In this document: in pieces, positions 40,754 to 52,191 of the stretch | Numbering within the stretch: position 1 is the stretch's first letter | How the letters are laid out: every line of letters begins with the position of its first letter | From: Trichinella spiralis | Lineage: Eukaryota | Assembly: GCF_000181795.1 (NCBI RefSeq) | Contig: NW_003526945.1 | Coordinates: 2,067,848 to 2,131,847 of the forward strand | DNA: 64,000 nucleotides | Direction of reading: 5' to 3' | Made by a program: the position numbers and the translations under genes | The notes under the pieces: model-generated | What the model was told of the DNA's origin: nothing | Seen by the model: the letters and a program-made list of their open reading frames with translations, nothing else | Database searches by the model: none

Positions 40754-41762
40754 TTATAAAATTCCTGTACCATAATGGGAACGATTTCGCAGAGCCAACG
40801 CCAATCTCATGTCAGGCAACATCAGTGTCACTCGTCCCGCATGCAAAGTCAACAAGTACGAGTCTTCCATCAGATGAACCAGAAACGCTTCCAGTGCCTG
40901 AAAACAATTTTACACTTGTTAAAAAGATTGATCAAATTTCATAAATATCATCGTATGAGGAACAACTTAATACTGAAATACAAACATATCAGTATTAGGA
41001 TGAAGTTTAAAAAACAGAATATACATCCACTTTTTTATATATCTCTGTGTAAAGCTAAGTTACTGTGTAAAATTTAAAAATACATAAAATGATATTTTAC
41101 ATTAAATTTGCTGAATGCGTAAGTAAATATCTTTACTTGAAAAAATACCTCGTGCAACGCAGCAACAGCAAGTCGTTGAACATGATCGGCTACTGGACTT
41201 ACATTATACAACACATCCTTCAGCTAAAAGAAAACGGGCTAAAGTATGATAATTTTCAAAATAAAAAAAGCATTTCATTTACCAAACGCAAAAACGGTGC
41301 TTTGGGGATCAACAGCTCTGTACTTTGCTGCAATTTCTTTATTTCCATAGCAACAATATCTAAAAAAATGTATTTATGCATATAGAATGGGAAAATCAAT
41401 GCAACAATTAAAACTGAATCGTTAATAACATTAAAGTAAAAATAATCAAAGTAAAAAAAAGAAAACAGCATAATTTGTGCAATTTTATTAAAAAAATGAA
41501 TTTCGATAAAAACAAAATGAATCTCACTTTTAGGGAAAACATTCTTTAAACGCCGGCGACGCTTTGTTGGCTTTTTCTTTCTACGGGCCAATGGCAGAGA
41601 AGACCCAGACCTGTTGGTTTCATTTGTACTGACATTCCGCACTGAATTGGCATTATACATTTCCATCGTTTCATCATCATCATTAGATTCGTCAATGAGC
41701 GATGACGAAGAGAACCCATCTTCACTCGACGGATCCGAAATGCAAGGAAAACGACGAACCAT
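40754..41762 (-). CDS. CENPA: Centromeric histone H3 variant CenH3/CENP-A, 4 exons (41762-41528, 41359-41283, 41223-41149, 40897-40754)
   Basis: Histone fold EIKKLQQSTELLIPKAPFLRLLKDVLYNVSPVADHVQRLAVAALHEALEAFLVHLMEDSYLLTLHAGRVTLMLPDMRLALALR. It lacks the H3-diagnostic Q68, F84 and T107, has a loop 1 one residue longer than H3, and carries a non-H3 acidic/Ser then basic N-tail. Confidence 0.9.
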
Positions 41763-41799
41763 CTTTCACAAAGCAAAACTTCGAATCTATTAATAAACA

Positions 41800-42110
41800 A
41801 ATAATGTATTCAAATTGATGCTTGAATACTTATAAAATGGAATGGCTTCACAACATTGCTACATCATATTGGATATTCAAAAAATGGGATGGATGGTCCA
41901 CGACGGACACAATTTTCACGCGTTTTCTAATTGACCGTTGACAGCGTTATCTCAACGGACATTCATGTCATTTCCTTACGCATTCCGCCCCGACTGATTG
42001 CGCTCGCTTATCAGTCCTTAGATTAAATATTATTAAACATTCAGACAACGGCATGAATGTCCAATAGTCAGTGACCAATGAAAAATCGCCACAACGGCAT
42101 GAACTGTCTC
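41800..42110 (-). promoter_or_regulatory. Candidate cell-cycle (G2/M-type) promoter of CenH3
   Basis: Four CAACGG/CCGTTG Myb-type hexamers (41935, 41953, 42046, 42092), CCAAT at 42061 and 42075, and minus-strand TTTGAA (CHR-like) at 41876-41881 and 41809-41814. Confidence 0.45.
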
Positions 42111-43465
42111 AAGCGGGGCCAAACGTGAACATCAAGCTCTGCTTAATAAGAATGTACTTTGAGTACGAACAATTTTTTCCCAAATCATTATTAAAATAAT
42201 ATTAAAAATATAATAATTCAAAGTGGAAAATCAGGCGATTTGTGTAAGCGCAGTCCATGATCTGCACTCTCTGACTTCGATTCACTTGCCCAAGTTGAAA
42301 ATTTCGTCGTGATCATAAAATTCAATGCTATCATCAAGGAATCTGCGATTTTTCATTTTGTAGAAAAACAACAATGATAACTAGCACAGAAGCATAATTT
42401 CAAATGATGTACAGAGCATTTACAAAAGTGAAGTTCATCTTCCAGGACGCAAAAATTCTTTATCGACCCATTCCTGCACATTTACGCGACACTCCCATTA
42501 ACATGAACCGGAATACACTATATAGCTAAAAAAAACAACTGTCAATGTGGCAATAACAGAAAACTAAACTTAGATACAACAATTTGTTGTCAACTAAATG
42601 ACCTACATATTATAGTATATTAAAAGAAAAGCATGTAAAGTAAAATTTGAAATTTCAAGTAAAGATATTTACTTATACACTCATCAAATTTAATCTAAAA
42701 TATAATTTTGTGTATTTTTTAAATTTTATAATTATTTTTGTCAATTTTTAATTGAAATTACATCATACTTACGTTTAAATATGTCATTGCACGTAATCGT
42801 AACTCTTTCAATCATTTCCTTTTAAATTCAGAAATTTATTATTTATTATGCATTAACATACTGAATTAATAAGTGATTTTATTAAATCTTTCTTTTTATA
42901 TTTAATGATGTTCTTTGGGGAAGATTTACATGCAGGTTATACACATACTGTAAACCTGCATGTATTTTAATTTTGCAAAAGTTATCTCAGAATTTACTCT
43001 TCACAATAACCATTGTGGAAGCATTCTAAACGCAAAATTTATAGCGTTGAAAGTAATGTAAATTTTAATATTTACAACAACTACAGTATCCAAATCAAAT
43101 TCAGATTAATGGAATTTTTTTGTAGTGCTTAGTATATTCACTTTTAAATATGAAGTCAAAGTAAAATTTTTAATAAATAATACTATTTGCGTTTGGTTTA
43201 AATGCGTTATATTGAAAAAATTTTTTCAACTGACCTTAAAAGCAAATCTGTTTATGGGTTTGCTGTTGTTTTTTACTTTACATTTATTGTTATTCAAATT
43301 GTATTGTCATTTTTGGTATTACAGTTTTGAAATTACGCTTCCATTTCAACACAGTGTACTGATTAATTGCTTATTATTGCTTTCCAACACCATTTTCCAA
43401 AGAATTAAATGAGTATTGAAAACAAGAGAACATTTTAATAAATTCATCGCGTTTAGATTCACAAC

Positions 43466-44077
43466 ATGGGAAGATTTCGACACTGCAGAATGATGGCTTG
43501 GAGACTTCAGGGAATTCCTGAGACAATATTAGAAAATGGTGTTGGTCGATTTGTTTTGCCATTGCAGCGTCTTAATTTGTTCTTTTGTAAAATCAGCGAT
43601 TCCAGTGCTGGTGTTCGCCAGTTCATTAAAAATGATTTAATTGATTTCGCTCAGTCTAATCCAAGCGTTGTTGTTTACCTCGAGCCGAAGCGTTTCAAAG
43701 CTCCAGTCATCGTTGGTGAATATTTGAATGGACGGTTTGCAAGCGTACGAGCTAGTAAATTCACGTGCGTAAACAGTATGAATTTTTTTGCTAAAGTTGT
43801 GAACAGTATATTTTATTTGTGTAGTAGGTTAGAAGTGAAGCAATGGGTTAACTACTTACGCTCTCGTTCCGGTTTCCCGATTGTCCACTTCAATGAAAAT
43901 CAGCGAACACTTTGCCCATCCATCCAGGGATATTGGAATCCTTTTCTAAATGCACCGTCGTGCAACAACATTAAAACATTTCCTCTTGAAGATGGAGGAC
44001 CACTGAAGAATTTTCCGCCATCAGCTAGCGATATTCTTATTGCAATGGCTAAACAGCAACGACGTGATTTAACATGA
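43466..44077 (+). CDS. MRPL43: Mitochondrial ribosomal protein L43 (mL43), with one probable in-frame intron at 43765-43824/43827
   Basis: LENGVGRFVLPLQRL...SSAGVRQFI..DLIDFAQSNPSVVVY...GEYLNG...PSIQGYWNPF matches mL43. The start could be 43466 or ~43490. Confidence 0.93.
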   Translation: MGRFRHCRMMAWRLQGIPETILENGVGRFVLPLQRLNLFFCKISDSSAGVRQFIKNDLIDFAQSNPSVVVYLEPKRFKAPVIVGEYLNGRFASVRASKFTCVNSMNFFAKVVNSIFYLCSRLEVKQWVNYLRSRSGFPIVHFNENQRTLCPSIQGYWNPFLNAPSCNNIKTFPLEDGGPLKNFPPSASDILIAMAKQQRRDLT

Positions 44078-45153
44078 CGTTGAATCGAAAAAATATTTTA
44101 ATCATTAAATATGTTCAAAGTTGTTGCAACATTTTTATTTATTGAATAAGTTTATAATAATGGCATATTTTGTGAATAAATTTAGAATACTTGATGGGAG
44201 CAAAATGCGTAGAAGATTTTGTAAAATTAAAAAAAAAGTTGCTTGTGAATATCTGTCTGCAAACATGGCTAGATTAAAATTTTACGTAAAGCACTTCCTG
44301 ACAGGTTATAAAAATATTTCATTTTGGCGTAGCAGTCAATAACAGATGCTGAATTTGCACTATTAATATGTCAAGATAATCTTACCATGTAGACAAAATC
44401 TGGTCCATGATCAAATATGAAATATGTTTGAAAAATGTAAAAAAAGAATATTTTATTACATAAGTAGTATTAAATTAAATTCAATCAATAAATATTTTCT
44501 TATTCGCATGCAATATTTGACTTATTTTTATTAAAAGCTAAATGTACAGTAATCTGAACCTGTATTACGTTATAAATACTGTATCTCTCAAAGATTAAAA
44601 ATAACCAAAAACAAAGTTAATCGCAAGGATGTTGCGTTCATGGGGCCATTCACCCATGTTTTGCAATGTCTGTACTTACATCAACTGTGGAGCCAAGTTT
44701 GCAACTGCTGCTGACCTTTTGAAACATGTCGAGCAATGCCATGTTGGTATGTTTCATTGTATTTCCTTTTATTCGTAGCTTATTGGAAATCTTTTTTAGA
44801 TTTTCTTGCTCCTGTATTGCCCGCTCCAAAAATGGCAATATGTAATCCTAGTCGTTTAAGCAGGTACTTTGTAACTTTCATTATGTTTGTGATGAAAGTT
44901 TTTTCCTAATTTGCCTAACGCTTTTAGTTCGTTATTTAACGTAGGTTTTTCATTTTATATAATTTGTTTAGACTATATATTTAATTTTCTAAATTTTTGG
45001 ATTTTAATTATATACTTTTGTATTTTTTTTACTTTTGTGTTTGTAGAATGAAAATTTATTCAAAGCTATAAAAATAATTGTTATATGCTTTCCAGATGCT
45101 ATCCATCGATATTGCTGTATCCTCAGCCTATAGACCGTGTGATTCTTAATCGT

Positions 45154-45972
45154 ATGATTCCAGAAGACAAGACTGGCAACAGCATGCGGGATAGAGTACC
45201 CTTACAGCCACCAACTCAAATGAGTTATTATCCGTTTTAAATGTTATTTAGTTGCTAATGTTTTTGACTTTTAGTATCTCGCGTTCAAATTCCACAAGTA
45301 AATAGACGTCAAGTTTATAATGATGTTCCCTACACAGAAGGAAATGCGGATAATCACATGTATGTTTGATAATTTATTATATTTATTGTGCTTTATCAAT
45401 CTTTATCAAAAATAAACTGAATAATTTTAGCGTTCACACCACGTTTTACGTTTGTGAATGTGGTAAAACATACAAAACTACGAACGGATTGAGTCGTCAT
45501 ATAAGTTTAACCCAGCATAACAGACAAAATTCAATGATGAGCATGAGAGTGGTTTCTAATACTCCTGCAGACAACAATCATGTTGTTTCAGTTCCAGAAT
45601 ATGCGATTCAGGTTCAGCCTACAACTCATGAAACTCACGGGCTTACAGTTCGACAAGTAAAATTCTTTATACATATGGTTTATATATATATAATTTTTGA
45701 CAGTTTTAAATGGCTTGTTTAATCTTATTAAATTTGAAATAAATTTCGCACTTTAATGTGATATTTAAGACGTTTTGTTTAATCTTTATATTTAGATAAG
45801 TGTGAATCCTGCTGCCATGGCATCGACTAGTCAGCACCGAGTGCCAGTAGTTGTAACCAATGTTGTGCCTACTGCTCAACAACCAGTGATTTTACGCCTT
45901 CCCCGGGTCCCCGATGTTCGACTTGCTGTTGGTGATAACCGCTTCTCAACCCCGGGTCCATCATATCAATAA
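45154..45972 (+). CDS. Small protein with a single atypical C2H2 zinc finger and V/P/Q-rich flanks, 4 exons (approx. 45154-45222, 45275-45359, 45431-45656, 45796-45972)
   Basis: GT-AG splicing gives a continuous frame containing YVCECGKTYKTTNGLSRHISLTQH. Stop taa at 45970-45972. The 5' end is uncertain. Confidence 0.7.
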
Positions 45973-46685
45973 TATCTCTGATCTCGATTCGAAAACAGTT
46001 TACACTGCATGAAATCATCATGTTATGTATTCTGGAATAACTGAAATTATTTACTTCTCAGAATTTATGAAAATAAATTCTGTTTATCTTTTCTGTTTAG
46101 AAGAATTCAAACTTGTAACAATAACTTTCGTTTAGTGACTTTACAATCAAGTACAATGAACATAAGTGCGCTTTAACAGATAAATTTATTTTTCATAATT
46201 TATGATTTGTTACGTAAAATGAAACAATAAAGTATTAATATACATTTGATTAATAAAGATGCATGTAGTTTTTACGATAAATTCATCACAAAAGTGTAAC
46301 ACTTTGTATTACTGTAACATCCAAAAATTCAAATAATTCAAAAATTGAAACTTGGTGTAATTTAATAAATTTATTTTGTTTACATTAATTAGTTGTTGGA
46401 AAGAAATAATTTAATGCTTTAATTTATTTTTTGGATTGATGCTCAATTTATACTTTAAACAGCATACTGTAACTACCTTACATGGAACAAAATTTGAAAA
46501 TTTTATTCTTTAAATATAAATCTGCATCTTTGAAGAATTTTTTATAAATTGCATTCAGTATCAAGTATTTATTTTCATTTGAATATTTGCGTAAATGTTA
46601 AATCAAATTTCCTTAATCGAATTCCAAATTGTCCGGATGATTTTGTTTATAATTCCTATACATACGCACACACATATATATATAG

Positions 46686-46687
<2 letters not shown>

Positions 46688-46749
<62 letters not shown>
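46688..46749. repeat. (TG)n microsatellite, about 31 units
   Basis: Pure tgtg run lying ~50 nt downstream of the P5CS stop codon. Confidence 0.99.
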
Positions 46750-46752
<3 letters not shown>

Positions 46753-46797
46753 AGGAACTTTAAACATATTAATTATTGTAAATTCGAAAATAATTTT

Positions 46798-49700
46798 TCA
46801 GGATAACAATTGATGAATGTACGTGTAACGACCACCGGTGGCAAAATCATCCAAGGTGTGACCATTACCTCTGAGGATCCATTTCGTTGTCAGCAGGCCA
46901 TCGATTCCAACTGGTCCTCTGGCATGAATCCTTCCGGTGCTTATGCCAACTTCAGCACCTAAAAAAAGGAAAACAGCACGTTTCTCAACAGAATATTGAT
47001 CATATTGTTTGTACCTAATCCAAAACGATATCCGTCGGCAAATCTGGTACTGGCATTTACAAAAACGCAGGCACTGTCCACATGCTGAACAAAATGTTCG
47101 GCAGTTTCAGCTGAAAATGATTTTGAAAAGATTCGATTATATGAATTAATGTTACAGAAATAAAAACAGTAATGGATGATTTGAAATACAATTTTCAGTG
47201 ACAATGCAATCAGTGTGTGAGCTTCCAAATTTCAAAATATGCTTTTCGGCGCCTTCAACATCTTCGACCACTTCCAACGTGCATTGCAAACTTCCATATT
47301 CGTGCTTCATCGATTTGGCGAGTGGTGGAGAAAATTGCATGCTTTCAGCTAACTTAGGTCCGGAAAAAATTGTCACACCGTGTTCAGTAAGCTGTTGGCA
47401 AAGTTTGTCAAAAAATTGGCCATTTTTCAAAAGTGATCGATGAACAAGTATAGTTTCAGCGGCATTGCAAGCGGCAGGATAATCGCATTTACTGTTGATC
47501 ACTGCAATGATAAATTTTTAATTGAATTCTTTGAATTGTTGAACCTCCCCCCGTTCAAAAAAAAGAAGAAAAACAGAAATCAATTTCACTACACAGTCGA
47601 TTAATATACACCAAAGTGCAAAGTAAATGAAAAACCACATTATTCAAATTATTATAATATTACCTATTTTTATTGCTTTTTCATGATCACAATCCTTGTC
47701 CAAATAAACATGACAAATGCCTTCAGAGTGGCCTAACACCGGAATACTATGACTTTGTTGTTGTATCTGAATCATAAAAACAAAGAAAACTTACTTCTGT
47801 ACATCATGAAAGATCGATTAAATGCGTACTTTTTTAACCAAAGCTGACGATCCTCTTGGAATCACAAGATCAATATACTGATTTAATTGCAATAAATCTT
47901 CAATATCTTCTCTTTTGTTTACCTAATGCATAAAGTACATAGTAAAAGTGAAAATTTTTTTTAATGTTTCTGCATCAGTTGTCTCTATTTTTAACGCTTG
48001 AAATACTTGCCATTGTTACTGCATCTTTCAGGCGAGGTGAAACACTCGTCAGAGCTTCTTGTACAATTTCCAATAAACACGAGTTGCTGTTCAAAGCTTC
48101 ATGTCCACCTTTTAAAAGCAGCGCATTTCCCGACGCTATGGCCAACGAAGAAATCTGAACAACAATTACAATTAAATAATACAAATCCAATATTCAAATT
48201 TCACAAATCAATCATACCTGAGGAAGACAGTCGGGTCTTGATTCAAAAATCACAAGCAGCAGACCAATAGGTATGGTAACTTGTTCAAGATGCAAATCTT
48301 CGGCAACTTTTATTCTTCTCAACGATTTTCCCAACGTGGTTTTGGCTGAATTGGAAATTTGCAACAGACCCTCGTATAAGCTGTGCAATTTATCTCTGGT
48401 CAGTTTCAGCCTGGCTATTTTGACATTTTCCAAACCTGAGTGGAAATAATTGAACATTTTTGAATTTAAACGAACAATTTGAAAATAACAACAAAATGCA
48501 CCACCACCACCTGCTTTTGTGGCATCGTCGATGTCAACACCATTGGCAGCAATTATATCCTTTTCTCTTTCTTTCAAAAGTTCTGCCAACTTTATTACAA
48601 TTTCTGATCGAACATCGTTTGAAAGTGTGCTCAACAGTTGCAAAGCCTCTCTAGCTATATTGAAAAATTTGCATTTGATCAATTAAACAACAATAAACAA
48701 TAAATCGAATTGATTTTGTGCAATCAATCACCTTTGACAGCTTGTTCTTCGACGGGAATTTCTTCCGGCTCTACTGCTGTGATCAAAGTTCCAATTTTGC
48801 GACCATTCATCACATTTCGAATCACATTTTCACTCTTACCATTGCAAATTACTGACACAACGCCATGATCAAGCGCCCATTCTGCCCATGAAATCTGTAC
48901 AAATGAAAATATTTGACAAGTTAATTTTCATCTGTAATATTATGCAATTTTTTTCACAAAATCCAACAACAGATATTATTTGTGATTTGAAATATCGCAT
49001 TTTAAGAACAACTCACACATGGAGTAATTGATGTAAAAATAAATGAAAATAAGGAGAAAAAAAAAATTAATACCTTCGATTGCATTCCACCGGTACCAAG
49101 TTTTGATCCATCGCCGAATATCAAACTGCTCTTACTGGAAGGTGAAAAATGAGTCAGCAGACGGGAGCCTTCTTGGCCAGGAGGACAAGTGTACAATCCG
49201 TCGACGTTGGAAAGTGTGATGAGAAGATCGGCCGCTATTGCTGCGCTTATTTTCGACGCCAGGGTATCATTGTCGCCGAGCTGCACAATACAGAAAATTA
49301 ATAAATATGATTTATTCAATAAAAAACCTCTTTACTCCATCTTTTTGTTCCGGCGCTACGGCATCGTTGCCATTCAATATTGGAACAACTTTCAAGCTCA
49401 ACAATGATTCAATGGTGCTGACAAGCACCCGACGTCGTTCATCACTCTCAATATCAGGCTTTGTCAAAAGAACCTACAGTAAGAATGGTCAATTCAAACT
49501 TCATTTATTCAAAAGTTGAATAACTTGATCATATTTATTTCAATTTTTCTTTTGAATCAAAAATCAAAAATTATTTCATATTTTATATTTGCACAACAAT
49601 AATTGAAACAAACCTGAGCAGTACTGATTCCGTATTGTGAAAAAAGTTGCTCATAAACTGTCATCAATCCGAGCATTCCACTGGCAGCGCATACTCGTTT

Positions 49701-51322
49701 GTCAATAGTGGTTTCAGTTCCCTGAAGTGATAATTTTACACAAACAAAAAATATTAAATATTTTAATATTATACAAAAGAATTTGGCGATAAAGTCTGCC
49801 TCAGTGACATGGACAACAATCGTTCGTGTCGCATTTTTTGTCGACCGAATGCTACTGCTCCGCTGGTGACGATCAAAACTTGACGACCAGAAAGCTGCAA
49901 CTCTGAAGCCTGAAAATGATCTATTTATAAAACATAATAATTAGAAATGGAAACTGATAATAAGAACACAATTTGAGCTAATTATCTGTTGTTTGGTGAA
50001 AAAAATTTTCTCATCTAATGCACAGACGCACCACTTTGAACAACGTAAAAATAAGGTAAAACTGGTTTTGCATTTGCATTTCATCCAGTCAAAATAATCT
50101 CCGTTGAGACGACTGCGTACTGTATTTGTTTTAATTACCACTCAGTGATGCAAATTTAATGATCAATTTCTACGACAAACATTTTACAAATATTCTTAAT
50201 AATTCAGTTTATAACATTGTTATGAATAAAATGTAAAAAAAGTTCATTTACAAGCAGTCCAATAATCATTATTCAGCATTAATGGATTGGTACTTAAATG
50301 GAATTGAAAATTTATATTGTAAATATTGAACTCAGTTAAATCAACTATTTTGATTAATTCAATAGGTTACTTGATTTTAAAATGCTGATAGATTGAACAT
50401 AATTGACCTTGCAAATCAAGTAAATTCCTGTAGGTGTAAATATTGTATTAAATTATGAAATTTAAATATTAAATAAACAAATAAATAAGATTCATATTAA
50501 CACTACTTTTCATTTCAGTTAAAAGACAAACATTTTTTAACAATTCTCATTTGAAGAAAATAAAATAAAATTGACGAAATAAACGTGAAAATAAAATTGT
50601 GAAAATAATACAAAGTGTAGCAAAGATTTTTGTTTGTTTTTTGAATTCAACTAATATTAAAATAAAATATTTGAAAATTGTTCACTTTTTGATAAGATTA
50701 TAAAACTGGACAGTTGTGAAAGCATCTACAATTCAATTGTGCTTTGTTGAATGTAAAGTGGCACCGGAATTTTGTCACAAATGAAAGCAACCAAATGTTT
50801 AATGTAACGCTTATGTAACACTGATTTAGTTTGAGCAAATATAAAACATATTTCCCAGTGTTCATTGCATGATATTTGATTTAAAAAAAATATATATATA
50901 TACTGAAATTGTTTCTGGATTATGAATGAAAAGCAAAGTGGCTTAAGCGATACAGAACAACTTGCACACAGTTTTACCGGTTTAAATGAATATTAATTTT
51001 AATATTTTTTCTATTATCAGAAAGGATAAACAGTGGGTATAAATGTTGAATAATAAAATAAAAAGAGAATAATAGTTGCCTGTTCTACAATCGAGGCAAG
51101 CCTTCCCAACGCAAGACCATCTTCATTGTCACGAGCCACTATGGCGCTTCCAAGTTTGATGACCACTCGTTTGGCTTTATCGATATCACCTCGATGGAAT
51201 ATGATGCTTTTGAATTTCGGTGCTTTAGCTGTGAAATTAGCATCGTTGAAATATTGTCTTCGCGCAATTGTGGGAACAATTTTGAAAAATCCCATGAAAT
51301 TGCACATCATTCGTGTTGACAT
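46798..51322 (-). CDS. ALDH18A1: Delta-1-pyrroline-5-carboxylate synthase (bifunctional glutamate 5-kinase / gamma-glutamyl phosphate reductase), multi-exon, with an N-terminal mitochondrial-targeting-like leader
   Basis: [131 protein letters not shown]. Confidence 0.97.
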
Positions 51323-52191
51323 TTTCAACGTCGATTTTGAAACTTTTTCCCCATACAAAAGCGTGTTGGTTAATTGAAACTTGTTTTTCGTGCTCAAACT
51401 CAAAGCAACATACGATGGATCATTGAACTTGCATTCGACCCAATTTTTCTCTTAAAACAGAAGATATCACTACGACGGCGTCGAATGACGAATATGCCTG
51501 ACTGATTCTTTTCTATTATTTTTCCGATCAAAATCAATTCCGTATATTAAATCAGCTTTTCTACGAGAAAATAAACAACTTGTGAAGACAACACTTCATT
51601 TTTAATAATAATAATTGAATAATTTGCAGAAGCGTTGCAGCAATTGAATGGTGCAATTTTACAACAATTCTACCACCAATGTACACAACTTTCAACCACA
51701 GCACATATATATATACATACTGTACGTTTGAAATAGTTGGACAAACAACACTGCTGCTCTGAGCTAATATTTTACCCAATTATTTGCTTATTACATTTTG
51801 GTTCAACGTGAACTGATCGTCAACATGAAAAAAAGTATATATATATATATATGTGCTTGTAATTTTGTTTTCAAAGAACAATCATTTTCATCTTATCAAT
51901 ATTATCGATTTTTAAATTTTAATTTCAACTATGAATAAAACGAAAAGGCACATAATAATTTCCTGCTTCTTTTTGTTCCGTATAACAAACAAGCACGCAC
52001 AATCAAGCTTGTGCGTCAAGTGGAAATAGAACGCCAACAGAGCTTCGTAGCAAGTTAGCGGCTGGCGTGGAAAGCAGTTTTTAGATTTTTAATTGGTGCT
52101 CGTTTTACCATTTCATTGCATTCTTTTTCTTCAGTAGAATTTCTGTTCAAATTTTGCAGAAAATAAATAATGTACAAATATGCTGGGAAAT

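Noticed and set aside
42210..42530. Exon-like minus-strand segments with splice-like signals
   Set aside because: The frames I translated contain stops and no family is recognisable.
44650..44838. 62-aa minus-strand ORF
   Set aside because: Non-ATG start, upstream stop and no recognisable homology.
46549..46813. CVCVCV-rich ORFs
   Set aside because: They are translations of the TG microsatellite.
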